Assembly (NCBI RefSeq): GCF_963921235.1
Contig: NC_086097.1
Location: 220,784,001-220,848,000, forward strand
Direction of reading: 5' to 3'
Length of the DNA stretch: 64,000 bases
From: Mobula hypostoma
Lineage: Eukaryota
In this document: positions 12,586 through 26,480 of the stretch, one piece after another
How positions within the stretch are numbered: the first letter of the stretch is position 1
Layout of the letters: every line of letters begins with the position of its first letter
Program-made: the position numbers and the translations under genes
Notes under the pieces: generated by a model
Told to the model about the DNA's origin: nothing
What the model saw: only the letters and a program-made list of their open reading frames with translations
The model's database searches: none

Positions 12586-14730
12586 TTTTTTTTCTTTCTT
12601 TTTAAATCTTTTTATTAATTTTTCAAAATTACAAACTCAATAACAAAATTGGTACAAAGAGATTGGAAAAATGTTCATCGACATATATAAAATGAATTTT
12701 AAGTAACATAGATACAAAAGACTTCCAAACTCATAATGAGATTAAACATTAAAAAAGAAATAAAAAGAAAAAAAATCTATAAACAAAAAAACCCCATAAG
12801 AAAAAAAGAAAAAAAAAACCCAAGGAAAAAAAACAAAGCAGGGCTAGACCAGCAGCTTATATCGGACATGTTCAATAATGTCGTTAACTCCGCTCCTCTC
12901 ATCATATAACTTAAATTTAGAAAAAAGATTCGGAAAGGTCAGATTACATAATATGAAAATGTTGCATAAAAGGTTTCCAAGTTTCTTCAAATTTAACTGA
13001 AGGGTCAAAAATATCACTTCTAATTTTTTCTAAATTTAAACTTAATATGGTTTGAGAAAACCATTGGAATGTAGTTGGAGGATTAGTTTCCTTCCAGTTC
13101 AACAAAATAGATCTTCTTGCCATTAAAGTAACAAAAGCTATCATTCGACAGGCTGAAGAAGGCAAAGATCTATGTTCTACCATTGGCAATCCAAAGATTG
13201 CCGTAATAGGATGGGGTTTTAAATCGAAGCATAGAACTGTTGAAATAATATCAAAAATGTCTTTCCAATATTTTTCCAAAAGAGGACAGGACCAAAACAT
13301 ATGAGTTAAAGAAGCCACTCAGAGTGACATCTATCACAAGTAGGGTTTATATGGGAATAAAAATGAGCTAGTTTATCTTTGGACATATGAGCTCTGTGTA
13401 CTACTTTAAATTGTATTAAAGTATGTTTAGCACATATAGAAGAAGTACTAACTAATTGAAAAATTTTATCCCATTTCTCTGTAGGTAGGGAAAGTTGAAG
13501 TTCCCTTTCCCATTCATTTTTAATTTTGTCAGATATATCTGGCTGTAATTTCATAATTATATCATAAATTATTGCTATTAATCCCTTCTGCAAAAGATTA
13601 AAGCCTAAAATTTTATCAAGAGTGCCAGAAGGATTGGAAGTCGGAAAGGTAGGCAACGTAACATTTAAAAAATTTCTTATTTGTAAGTATCTAAAAAAAT
13701 GGGATCTAGGCAAATCAAATTTCTCAGATAACTACTCAGAAGACATTAAAGCAGTTATCCAAAAATAAATCGCGAAAACATATTATGCCTTTCTTTTTCC
13801 ATATCAAAAAGGCTTGGTCCATTACCGAAGGTTGGAAAAAAAATTAGATATAATAGGACTTGATAACATAAATTCACTCAGGCCAAAAAATTTACGAAAT
13901 TGAAACCATATTCGCAATGTATGTTTAACTATAGGGTTGAAAATTTGCTTATTCAATTTAGATAGTGCAAAAGGCAATGAAGTTCCTAAAATGGAGGCTA
14001 AAGAAAACCCTTGTACAGAATGGCCTTCAAGGGTTACCCAATGTGGGCTTGGAGTTATGTTCCAATCTTGTGTCCAAAATATTAAGTATCGGATATTAAT
14101 TGCCCAATAGTAAAATCTTAGGACATGCAATGCCAAACCACATTCTTTCCTAGATTTCTGTAAGTATTTTTTACTTAGTCTGGGATTTCTATTTTGCCAT
14201 ATATAAGAAGAAATTTTAGAGTCAATAATATCAAAAAAAGATTTAGGAATAAAAATTGGTATCACTTGAAATAAATATAAAAATATGGGTAAAATAATCA
14301 TTTTAAAAGCATTAATACAGCCAATCAATGATAGAGACAAAGGGGACCATTTAGTAAGCAGTTGTTTAACCTGATTAATTAATGGTAAAAGGTTGAAATT
14401 GAATAGATCCTTATGTCTCTTAGTAATTTTAACTCCCAAATAAGTAAAATAATCAGTAATCAGTCTGAATGGAGAATTTCTATAAATGGGAACCTGCATA
14501 TTTAATGGAAGAGTTCACTCTTACTTAGGTTCAGTTTATAACCAGAAAAGCTACCAAACTGAGCAAGCAAAGTTAATACTGCCGGAATAGATTTTCCTGG
14601 GTTAGAAATATACAATAGTATATCATCTGCATATAGTGATAATTTATGAGTCTCATTTCCACGGGTAATACCAAATATGTTAGGGGAGTCACGAATGGCA
14701 ATAGCTAGTGGTTCCAAAGCAATATCAAAA
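12586..14730 (-). mobile_element. L1-like LINE, 5'-truncated, with A-rich tail and 12-bp TSD
   Basis: LSLYADDILL, YLGV, YYWA, CDRC...HMFWSC; TSD ctgaacatttcc at 12574-12585 and 14731-14742; inserted into a Penelope-terminus remnant. Confidence 0.92.
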
Positions 14731-16934
14731 CTGAACATTTCCAGCATTTAATATTTTTATTTTTTATTTTAATTTTCAGAACATTTGTGTTGTGAAAGCA
14801 ATGTCAGTTCAGATAATGAGCCAATTTTGCCTTTTGAATTATTCTTCCTGGCTTTAACCTTATTTGCAGGTATGTTTGTTTGTCCCTTTCTGTCACCCTC
14901 TGGTTCTGATTCCCCATTCTCGTTTTTTCTCTTAATTTTCTAAATGTCCTCAACCAGGAATCCTTCCCCTCCTTCCCACTAAACAGTTTAGTTTAAAACC
15001 CTATCAACAGCTTCCTTAACCCAATTCCCTAGAACACTGTTTGAGGTGACGCCATCTCTGCAGTACAGCTTTCTCTCCCCCATGGATGCCTGTGTCCCAT
15101 GATTTGAAATGTGACCAACATTAATGGTTTTAGCTTTGGCCTTGAGCCTCATATCTCCTTGTGTCTACTCATGTCCAAGCTGTTCTCAAGTGAAGTGAAG
15201 GGTGGGTGGCATCCATGACCTCCAATTGTTTCTTATCTGTTCCTATTATTCTGTGACATTTTGTTCTGTGAGCAGTGATTTGCTAAATACACATTTCACC
15301 ATATATCATTCAGCTTGTGGGTTGACAAGGACTTCCCACATCAGGCTTACAACATAAATAAAAGATGCTGGAAATACTCAGCGAGTAAATTAGCACAGAT
15401 TGGTAACCTTTCAGCTAAGAATTCTGAGTACTTGTTTTTTCCTATTTGAGATGTTCAACATCTACGCACGTTTTCTTCCTGATTTGAGGAGCTGGTGAAC
15501 CATGGCATTTTCTTGTAGTTTAGAAGCAAGGGAAAGGTCCATTAGTTTACATTCATTCTCATCAAATCTGAAGTCAATGCCACAAGCATGATTTGCTCGT
15601 GACTCCCAGCCCTTCCTTCATCACAAAGTTAATCAGTTCTTCATCTGTCTTGACCCACCTGCTGCCTTTGATGTCACAATCTCATGGTCCTCCTTCAGTG
15701 GCAGTCGATATCACCCACACAGGTGGCTCAGCACTTTATTGACGTCAATTTTCTATAACAGTTTTTAGCCAAAGAATAACTTGCAATGACTTCTCTGTTT
15801 CTACGCTGGTATCTCTGAGATTTACTCTTTCTTTACCGGTTGTCTTGACTAAACCAACGCTTTACTGGTTGGCTGTCTTTGCTCTACTCTCTGCAAGTAA
15901 GAGTGTATCTGCTGCCTGTCCCAACTTGTCGTGCCCCTCCAGTGAGTCCTCCTTAAATATTACCTTGATTTTAAAATTCCTGAACACAAGAGATTCTACA
16001 GATGCTGGAAGTCCAGAGTAACACACACAAAATGCTGGAAGAAAGCAACAGCTCAGGTAGCACCTGTGGAGTAGAATAGAGAACCTATGCTTTGGACAAG
16101 ATTTCATCCCTGAGACAGCAAGGATCTATGAAGTTGGGATACATCTGGGGATAATTTGAAGGGTGGCCCAGGGCTGACGGCTTTGCTCCAGTAGGGGTAG
16201 GTGACGGGCCTAAATAAGTAAGTAACCTCTAATATACCAGTTTTCCAGCCTGGTCATCCCTAAATTTAATTCTTTCGCCATCGGTGGCTGTGATTTTCAG
16301 AACCAAAGTTCCTTTCCTAAGCTCTAAGCTTACAACCCTGTCTTTAATATGTTAATCAACCAATCTTTTACTAATTTGTTCTTATATCTCATCTAATTTG
16401 TTCTGGTAAGATTTAGAGGTGTTTTACTGCATTGAAAGGAATGTTGAAGTTTTACACATTTTACCCCAAACCCCATCCACAAGCGTTGAGGCTTTTAATG
16501 AGGGGATTCCCAATGAGATCTTGAATATCTTGATCCACATTCCTAGGGGAGAGAGACTGGTCTCCAGGGTGGTTTGAACAGTAGGAACAACCTTTTAGAA
16601 AGGCCTGATTGGCATGGAAGAAGTTACAAAAGCTAACTCCAATGAGTTTCTCCTTACGAAATCTTGGAGCATAGTCTTTTTTGAATCTGACCAGGCACTG
16701 GAATAATTAAGTCCTCTGCTTGCCCCATCTAAGGGCAAACCTGAAGTCCTGACACTGGCCCTAATTCCTACCTGAAAAGTGAAATGATAGTAAGTTAGTC
16801 TCAATTCCATGGGACTGCCCAAAGAGATGACAACACCATGGCTTAGTGGTTCATCGTGTCAAGTAACATGCAAAGACACTGTCCACGAGTTTGTTGTGAG
16901 TCACAAGCAGCACAGTGCTTTGCACTAAAGATTC

Positions 16935-18380
16935 AACAAATTGGAATTGGTTCATTGTTTTCACAAAAAAACGAACTACAGTGAAAAGCTTGTCTTGCAT
17001 TCTGTTCGTACAGACCAATTCACTACACAGTGTATTGAGATAGTACAAGGGAGAACAATAACATCATTGGCCTGCAGAATAAAGTGAATGCTTTACAGAG
17101 AAAGAACAGTGCAGGTAAACAATGAGACAGATTGTGAGGTTAACAGTCTATCTTACTGTACCGGGCAACTAATTGGTTATGTTGGCTGCTTCACAACAAG
17201 AAGACACAGAGGGGAGGCTAGCTTCCGTGATGTACTGAGCTTTGTTCACAGCTCTCTGCAGTCTTCTGTGGTCATGTGCAGATCATTTGCCAGACTGAGT
17301 CATTGTGCATCTGGATAGGTGCACCAATAATAACTGGGAAGGGTCAACATGCCAAATTTCAACCAGAGGTGCTGGTGAGCTTTTTTGACTGTGGCATCTA
17401 TATGGTTGGACCAAGGCAGACTATTGGTGATTTTCACTCCTAGGAACTTGAGGCTGTCAATCCTCTCAATTTCAACACTATGAATGTAGAGAGGAGCATG
17501 TGCATTGTCCTCTTCCTGAAGTCAAAAACCAGAACTTTTGTCTTGCTGACAGTGAGGGAAAGGTTGTTGTTATGATATATGTTAATAGACTCTTTATCTC
17601 CTTCCTGTACTCAGACTCATCATTATTTGAGATACAACCCACTATGATGGTATTATCTGCATCCTTGTAGAGCAGAATCTGGCTACACAGTATGAGTGTA
17701 CAGTGAGTAGAGGGTTGAAGATGCAACCTTGTGGAGCACTAGTGTTGAGAATAATCGCGGCGGAGTCACTGCTGCCTGCCTTTACTTATTGTGGTCCCTT
17801 GGTCAAGAAGTTGAGGATCCGTTTGCAGAGGGATGCATTTGGACCTGCATCTTGCAGCACGGTGATGAGGTTGCTTGGAATTACATATTGAAGGCAGAGC
17901 TGTAGTCAATAAACAACGGTCTAACATGGGTGTCTGCATAGATGGAACTTAGTTCAGAAAGCTGTGCTGTGTGTGATTATGTCTGCAATTATGTTTCATT
18001 TAGCTGTAAACATGTGTACAGTTGAATGACGATAAACTTGAACTTGAGATGCGCTCCGCATAATCACATTTTGGTGATTTGCAATGGATCAAGTTTGTGT
18101 GGAAGACTAGAGTAGATGTGTGTTGTGACTGGCTTCTCAAAGCACTTTATGATGGTGGGGTATCAGAGCCATTTGGGGGTAGTTATTAAGGCATGTTACC
18201 TTTTTTTTCTTAGGGACCAGGTCGATAGCGGTCTTCTTAAAGCAGGTGGGCATCTCAGATTTATGAAGGGAGAGGCTAAAACGTCTGCAAATACCCCTGC
18301 CAGATGATCTACACAGGATCTATCAACATGGCATAGGCGCACCCTCCAGGCTGCATGTTTTCTGTGTGTTCACTCTCCAG
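16935..18380 (-). mobile_element. Degraded Rex1/Babar-type LINE
   Basis: DADNTIIVGCISNNDESEYRKEI and other RT/3' remnants similar to 19751-22600. Confidence 0.7.
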
Positions 18381-18412
18381 CAGACTAATTCTCAGCCATT
18401 GACAGTCACCTT

Positions 18413-18666
18413 GTGCATATCCCCCCAAGTGTTCACCCTGGTGCATATCCCCAGTGTTCACCCACAGTGTTCACCCCAGGGCATATCCCCCCAGTGTTCA
18501 CCCCAGTGCACACCTCCAGTGTTCACCCACAGTGCACATCCCCCAGAGTTCACCCCAGTGCATACCCCCAGTGTTCACCCCAGGGTACCTCCCCCATTCA
18601 CCCCCAGTGTTCACCCCAGTGCACACCCCCAGTGTTCACCCCCAGTGCATATCCTCCCAGTGTTCA
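18413..18666. repeat. C-rich minisatellite, ~25 bp unit (cccagtgttcaccccagtgcayaycc), about 10 copies
   Basis: tandem units directly visible; produces low-complexity ORFs in all three + frames. Confidence 0.93.
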
Positions 18667-19097
18667 TGGAGAGGCAGAACAAGTCCTCTTCGCAAAAGAG
18701 CTGAAGAAACTAATACTACAGGCTCTGACAGTCAGACATATTTAAAATATTATATAACTATTAAAATATGATGCACTACAAAGTTTTAATGTCAATTCAA
18801 AACATTTATAAACAGTTTAAAGTCAAATTGTTCAAAATAAACCTGTTCCCCTATCTTGTCTGATGACATTTGATATCGTTCACCTTCTAGGTCATTTAAT
18901 TTTAATGAAATCTAACACACTGGAGATTTGTGGTAGATTTGCTTTTCACTGCTGGACTCCACACCATGCCTGGAGTCAGAGGGTTATCTTGCAAAACTAC
19001 AGATGGCAACTTTGAGACTAATTTCTTTATGCAGAAATCCCAAAGTTGCAGTCATCTTTGTAGAGAAATGTCACCAGTTATGTAGCTGTCTGCTGAT

Positions 19098-19400
19098 ATC
19101 AGAATCAGATTTATTATCTTGACAAATGTCATGAAATGTCATTTTGTAGCAACAGTACAGTGCAAGACATTAAAAATACCATGAGTTACACTAAATAAAT
19201 GATGCAAAAGAAAAGTGAGGTAGCGATTCACAGACAGTTCAGAAATCTGATGGCAGAGGGGAAAAAGCTGTTCCTAAAACATTGAGTACTGGTCTTCGTG
19301 TTCCTGTACCTCCTCCCTGATGGCGGTCGTGCAAGGAAAAGCTGTTACGAGTGGTGAGGGCCCTTAATGATGAATACTGCAAAGTTCTGGCCAATAATCC
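19098..19400 (-). mobile_element. Rex1/Babar 3'-end fragment
   Basis: (atcaga)n tail on plus strand; SFFP-type C-terminal remnant like 19751-20970. Confidence 0.65.
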
Positions 19401-19750
19401 AGTGAGAAACTGTAATAAATTAAACAAATCACTAAATCTATACAAATAAATTACTAGGTATTTGGTTGAAAGATTCTTGGAAAGTAGGGCAACAAAATTA
19501 TCTTAAATTTTTAATGAAAGATGAAGTTACAATAAAATTATTACAAGTTTGGATTTAAATATTTTATGAAAAATGTTATTGGAAATAGTATCTGAAGCAA
19601 TTTTCTAGTCAGTTGGTTACAGGTATTCTGTGCGAGGAACAATCTATGGAACTACAAATTCAATTTATGAAATGTTTGTTGCTGCCATCTAGAGGTGATT
19701 TGAGGAATCTTCACATGAAGTCTGACAAAATTAGCTAATTATTAGTTCAA

Positions 19751-22600
19751 AATCAGAATCAGAATCAGGTCTATTATCACCGGCATGTGTCATGAAATTT
19801 GTGAACTTAGCAGCAGCAGTTCAATGCAATACATAATATAGAAGAAAAAAACAAAATACTTTATACTTATACTTCATACTTTATTGTCACCAATTGATAC
19901 TAGAGCGTACAATCATCACACCGATATTTGATTCTGCACTTTGCGCTCCCTGGAGTACAAATTGATAGTAAATATTAACAACTTAAATTATAAATCATAA
20001 ATAGAAAATAGAAAAGGGAAAGTAAGGTAGGGCCAAATGAACTGTGAGGCAGGTCCGGATATTTGGAGGGTACGGCCCAGATTCGGGTCAGGATCCGTTC
20101 AGCAGTCTTATCACAGTTGGAAAGAAGCTGTTCCCAAATCTGACCGTACAAGTCTTCAAGCTCCTGAGCCTTCTCCCGGAGGGAAGAGGGACGAAAAGTG
20201 TGTTGGCTGGGTGGGTCGTGTCCTTGATTATCCTGACAGCACTGCTCCGACAGCGTGTGGTGTAAAGTGAGTCCATGGACAGAAGATTGGTTTGTGTGAT
20301 GTGCTGGGCTGTGTTCACGATCTTCTGCAGCTTCTTCTGGTCTTGGACAGGACAACTTCCATACCAGGTTGTGATGCACCCTAGAAGAACGCTTTCTACG
20401 ATGCATCTATAAAAATTAGTGACGGTTTTAGGCGACAGGACAAATTTCTTTAGCTTTCTCAGGAAGTAAAAGCACTGGTGGGCCTTCTTGGCAATGGACT
20501 CTCCTTGGTTGGACCAAGTCAGGTCATTTGTGATATTGACCCTGAGGAACTTAAAGCTGTTGACCTGATCCACTTGCGCACCACTGGTGTAAATAGGGTC
20601 GTGTGGTCCGCTACTCCTTCTGAAGTCAACAACCAATTCCTTCGTCTTACTGACGTTGAGGGATAGGTTATTGTCTTCACACCATGCCACCAGGTTCTTA
20701 ATTTCCTCTCTGTACTCAAACTCATCATTACCCGAGATGCAGCCTACATAAATAAAATAATAATAATAAAAAATAAATAAGTAAATCAATTACAGTATAC
20801 GTATTTTGAATAGATTAAAAATCATGCAAAAACCAGAAATAATATATATTAAAAAAGTAAGGTAGTGCCCAAGGGTTCAATGTCCATTTAGGAATCGGAT
20901 GGCAGAGGGGAAGAAGCTGCTCCTGAATTGCTGAGTGTGTGCCTTCAGGCTTCTGTATCTCCTGCCTGATGTTAACAGTGAGAAAAGGGCATGCCTGAGT
21001 GCCTGAGATCCTTAGTAATGGACACTGCCTTTCTGAGACACCATTCCTTGAAGATGTCCACAGTACTTTGCAGGCTAGTACCCAAGATAGAGCGGACTAA
21101 ATTTATAACCCTCTGCAGCTTCTTTCGGTCCTGTGCAGTAGTCCCTCCATACCAGACAGTGATGTAGCCTGTCAGAATGCTCTCCATGGTACAACTATAG
21201 AAGTTTTTGGTGTATTTATTGACATACCAAATCTCTTCAAACTCCTAATGAAGTATAGCTGCTGTCTTGCCTTCTTTATACTGTAACTGCATCGATATGT
21301 TGGGTCCAGGTTAGATCGTTAGGGATCTTGACACCCAGGAACTTGAAGCTGCTCACTCTCTCCACTTCTGATCCCTCTATGAGGATTGATATGTGTTCCT
21401 TCATCTTACCCTTCCTGAAGTCCACAATCAGCTCTTTCGTCTTACTGATGCTGAGTGCCAGGTTATTGATGCAGCACCACTCCGCTAGTTGGCATATCTC
21501 ACTCCTGTATACCCTCTCGTCTCCATCTGAGATTCTACCAACAATGGTTGTATCATCAGCAAAATTATAGGTGGTATTTGAGCTGTGCCTAGCCACACAG
21601 TCATGTGTATATAGAGAGTAGAGAAGTGAGCTAAGCACACATCCCTGAGGTGAGCCTGTATTAATAGTCAGCGAGGAGGAGATGTTATCACCAATCTGCA
21701 CAGACTGTGGTCTTCCGGTTAGGAAGTTGAGGATCCAATTGCAGAAGGAGGTACAGAGGCCCAGGTTCTGCAACTTCTCAATCAGGATTGTGGGAATGAT
21801 GGTCTTAAATGCTGAGCTATGGTTAATGAACAGCATCCTGACATAAGTGTTTGTGTTGACCAGGTGGTCTAAAGCCGTGTGAAAAGCCATTGCGATTGCA
21901 TCTGCCGTTGACTTATTGTGGCGATAGGCAAATTGCAATGGGTCCAGGTCCTTGCTGAAGCAGGAGTTCAGTCTAGTCTTGACCAACCTCTCAAAGCATT
22001 TTATCACTATAGATGTGAGCGCTACCCAGTGATAGTCATTAAGGCAGCTCACATTATTCTTCTTAGGCACTGGTATAATTGTTGCCTTTTTGAAGCAAGT
22101 GGAAATTCCGCCCGTAGCAGTGAGAGGTTGAGAATGTCCTTGAATACTCCGCTAGTTGGTTGGTACAGGTTTTTAGAGCCTTACCAGGTACTCCATCAGG
22201 ACCTTCTGCCTTGCAAGGGTTCACTCTCTTTAAAGACAGTCTAACATCGGCCTCTGAGACAGAGATCACAGGGTCATCAGGTACAGCAGGGATCTTCACA
22301 GCTGTAGCTGTGTTCTCCCTTTCAAAGTGGCATAGAAGACGTGGAGTTCATCTGGTAGTGAAGCATCGCTGCCATTCATGTTATTTGGTTTCGCTTTGTA
22401 GGAAGTAATACCTTGCAAACCCTGCCAGAATTGTCGTACATCTGATATCGCCTCCAACCTCATTTGAAATTGTCTCTGCCCTTGAAATAGCCCTTCACAA
22501 ATCATACCTGGTTTTCTGGTACAGGCCTGGGTCACTCGACTTGAATGCCACAGATCCAGCCTTCAGCAGACAATGCACCTCCTGGTTGATCCATGGCTAG
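19751..22600 (-). mobile_element. Rex1/Babar LINE, 5'-truncated
   Basis: LNDY-x-x-[33 protein letters not shown]; (aatcag)n tail. Confidence 0.88.
19857..20748 (-). mobile_element. Second Rex1/Babar subfamily 3' fragment nested in the 3' UTR of the first
   Basis: open C-terminus VGCISGNDE...LNVSKTKELVVDFRR...NSFFPTVIRLLN; separate (atactt)n tail. Confidence 0.85.
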
Positions 22601-23453
22601 TTTAAGCAAATAGCAGTTATTTCATAAACCTTCTGGGGAATTGAACTGAAAAATGACCAGCTTGACAGCCTGTCTATGAGAAGATTAAAGTATTTGGAGA
22701 TTATATTGGATGGGATACATGGGTTTGATTGCCCAGCTTACTGAGGATGAACGCTGTAAGGATCAATTTCAATCTTTTCCTGATTCTTACACCCAGATAA
22801 GAAATCCTTCAGCAAACATATATCAATTTTCTATTTCATTGTATATTCACTAAAAACCAGAAAACATTCTCTCCAGTTTGTCTATGGCCATTTTCACAAA
22901 TTTTCAGTGGGGTCTTTTTGATTAGGTGCAATGACTTGATGGTAATTATTCAAGCCCTGGTAGCACAGTATGAATAAGGTGGCTTCATTTAAAGTGGTTA
23001 ATTTTGTAGTAACTTGTTCAGAAATACAATGATTTCCTCATTTTGATTTTCAAATTCTGCAGTACCTTTCTACTCAGCTTTATAGTAAAATTCTAGTATT
23101 GTAGGAAATATCTTTAGGCGCTGTCTTTAGTTTGAAGTAAAAAGCATATTGAGCACAGTAATTAGGCAATATATCCTCATAATAGTAGAGTGATGCAGTG
23201 ATTAATATTTTGAGGAATTAATTCTAAGCCTCTTTTGATTAATGAAAAACACCACATGGTTTTTGCAATTATAACCTTACTTGGAAACAATACATCGGTA
23301 AATCAGAATCAGATAGAATAATGACATTGATGAATGAAAAATGCTGCAGTACCTACTCTATGGTATTTTATAACATATTCAGCAAAATTTCTTTGCATCT
23401 AATATTTTCTGCTTCTAAGATATATTACACAGAATATATAACTGAATGATAAT

Positions 23454-23627
23454 CACAAAATACTCTGCAGATGCTGGGGTCAAAGCAACACTCACAACAC
23501 GCTGGAGGAACTCAGCAGGTCGGGCAGCATCCGTGGAAACAATGAGTTGGTGTTCCGTCCTGAAATGTTGACTGATCGTTTCCACAGATACTGCCCGACC
23601 TACTGAGTTCCTCCAGCGTGTTGTGAG
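23454..23627. mobile_element. Fold-back mini-element made of two inverted Penelope termini, 14-bp TSD
   Basis: ~50-bp inverted arms 23491-23540 / 23578-23627; TSD aactgaatgataat at 23440-23453 and 23628-23641. Confidence 0.88.
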
Positions 23628-24116
23628 AACTGAATGATAATGGTCTATAATGTACAGAAAATCAGAGTTTATTATTTCCTCATTGCTTATGCTTCCATCT
23701 CTTTCTCTCTCGATGGTGAGAGGGAACTCTCAAGTCGGGGAAACTCAAAGTAAAAGCACGGCTGCAGACTGTAACATTAAAACTGAGCTGCCGGTGTCCC
23801 CTCACACAGTGAGAGAGAGTGAGAGTGAAAGTGTGTGGGAGGGGGGGAGAGGGGGAGACACACAGTGGCATGTTGAACTGTTGGGTGAACAGCAGACCAT
23901 CTCTTTGGGGGCTTTGCTTGCATGCCTGGTGGGGTGGGGGCTGATACTTTTGCAGCTGCTTGTGTGTGGGAGGGGGGAAGGGGGGCTTCGGAGTTCAAAT
24001 GTTTATTCTGTCATTCATTTTGGGACCTTTTTCCTCCCGTTTCGTGGGTATCTGCAGAGAGTAGGAAATTCAGGTTGTATATTGTATACAGTCTTTGATA
24101 TTAAATGGAACCATTG

Positions 24117-24625
24117 ATTTCAAAGTAAATTTTATTATCAAAATACATACATATCACCATATACAACCCTGAGATTCATTTTCCTGTGGGTGTACTCTGC
24201 AAACCTATCGAATAGTATCTACAACAGGATCAATGAAAGATCAACTCGTGTGCAGAGACAACAAACTGTGCAAATGCAAATATAAATAAATAGTAATAAG
24301 TAACCAGAAAATAAAATAACAAGATAATGAGTCCTTAAAGTGAGATCATTGGCTGAGGGAATGTCTCACTGGATGGGCAAGTGAGTGTAGTTATCCCCCT
24401 TGTTCAAGAGCCTGATCGGCATGGGGTGGTAAATGTTTTTGAACCTAGTGGTGCAAGTCCTGAGGCTCTCGTACCTTCCACCCTATGGCAGCAGTGAGAA
24501 AAGAACATAGCTGGGTGGTGAGGATTTGAGATGATGGATGCTGCTTTCCTGCGACAGCATTTCAGGTAGATGTGCCCAATGGCTGGAAGGGTTTTGCCTG
24601 TGGTGTACTGGGCTGAATCCATGGG
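24117..24625 (-). mobile_element. Rex1/Babar 3' fragment
   Basis: RKAASII-x-x-PHHP remnant; ttcaaag tail; similar to 45203-46118. Confidence 0.7.
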
Positions 24626-26480
24626 TAATCTGTGACTTAGTTCCATATCCCTTCCTTTAACACATATTGTGTTAAAATACCTTTAGTTAACAATAACTAT
24701 GATTTAATACATTTACTTGATCTAGCATCAATGATCAAAATTCTACCAATTTTATATGTGTAAGAGTTTACTATATCACCGATTTGGATAAGGAGATCTT
24801 GTGTAATGTATCCAGGGTTACTGATTATACAGTATAAAACTAGGTTGGTAATGAGAACTGTCAGGGGATTCAGAGAGGCTTCAGGGGGACAGTGACAGTC
24901 TTAGCAAATGGGCAAGGACATGGCAGGTGGAATATAATATCAGGACAGATACTTTGGTAAAAAAAAAGGTGGAGAGGTAGAGTATTTTAAAAATGAAGTG
25001 ATTCAAAAGTATTCAGAAGGGACTGGGGTTTTTGTTCACAGTCACTGAAAGTTAACCTGCAGGTGCAACAATTAGATAGGCAAATAGGATGCTAATTTCT
25101 TTTGGATTAGATTTGAGGACAAGAACAAAGGGGACATTCTGATGATATAGAGCTCTGATTAAACCATGTCTGGCCTCCCTAAGAAAGTACTTGCTTGCAA
25201 TGGTGGGAATATATCTGAGGATCATTAGGCTCATTCCTCCAACATTGCACTAGTCACAGGAGGAGAGATAATACACTCTGGGCCTTTGAGTCGAGAAGAA
25301 TGTGAGGTCCAAAATTCTTTAGTGGCTTGACAGGTTACACATGTGCTTGATGCTTCCTTTGGTGGGCAATGTCTAGTTCCTGGGCCAGACTCAAAACTAT
25401 TCAGGATAGAGATGAGAATAAACACCTTCACCTTGAGGATATTTATCTGGAGGGTAGGGTGTATTTGTAATTTGCTACTTGTTATTAAGGGAATCAAACA
25501 ATATGGGGTAAGTGGAAGAATGTGGTGTGAGGTAGTAGATAAGAACAATACAGCACATGTCCCTTCATAGGAAGTACACTGCATGTTCTTTGTCCTGTCT
25601 AAAAGCCTTGCTATTGTACCTTCTTCACCACGTCCCCGGCACCTATCACTGTGTAAATCAAAACTTGCCAGGTAAATCTCATTAATGCAAGAAATTAAGC
25701 AGATACTGGAAATCTTGAGCAACACACACATAAGTCGGAGGAACTCGGCAAGTCAGGCAACACAATCATCTTTTTTTGGCCTACAATCTTCTAAATTTTC
25801 TCAATCTATGTTCCTGTCTGATAAAAATAATCTGAGTGTACTAACCCTATCTATGCCCCTCACAACATAGCGTGACCTCACCAGTGTCCTGTACAACTGC
25901 ACCATGACGCCATACTTAATGCCCTGACTTATCAAGGCAATTAAGCCAAAAGCCTTCTCCACCACACTCCCCAGGACACTGTGGAAGTCTTCCCTGGATC
26001 TGACTTTCTAAAATGTAACACCCTTCTCTTATCCAAATTAAAATCCATTTACCATTTCTCAGCTGATCAAGACTCACCTCTGCTTTTTTGCAACCATCTC
26101 CCCTGTCCACTATCCTACCTATTTTAGTGTCATCTGCATACTTACTAACCATGCCTTGTGCATTCGTATCCAAATCATTATAGACGACAAACAACAACGG
26201 GCCCAGCACCAACCTGAGCTACATCACTAGTCATGAGCCTCCAGTCTGAGAAGCAACCTTCTATCATCACCTCTGCTTTCAACCAATTTCATGCTAATTG
26301 TGTATCCAGTTAGCTACCTTTCCCTGGATAGCATGCAATTTAACCTTCCAGAACTACCTACCAAGTGGAACCTTTATCAAAAGCCTTACCAAAATCCGTA
26401 TAAACCATGTCTATCACCCTGGCCTCATCAACTTTCTTGGATACCTCATCAAAAAACTCAATCAGATTCAGAATTCATGA

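Noticed and set aside
18366..18771. Pro/His/Ser-rich ORFs in three frames
   Set aside because: Artefacts of a stop-free minisatellite
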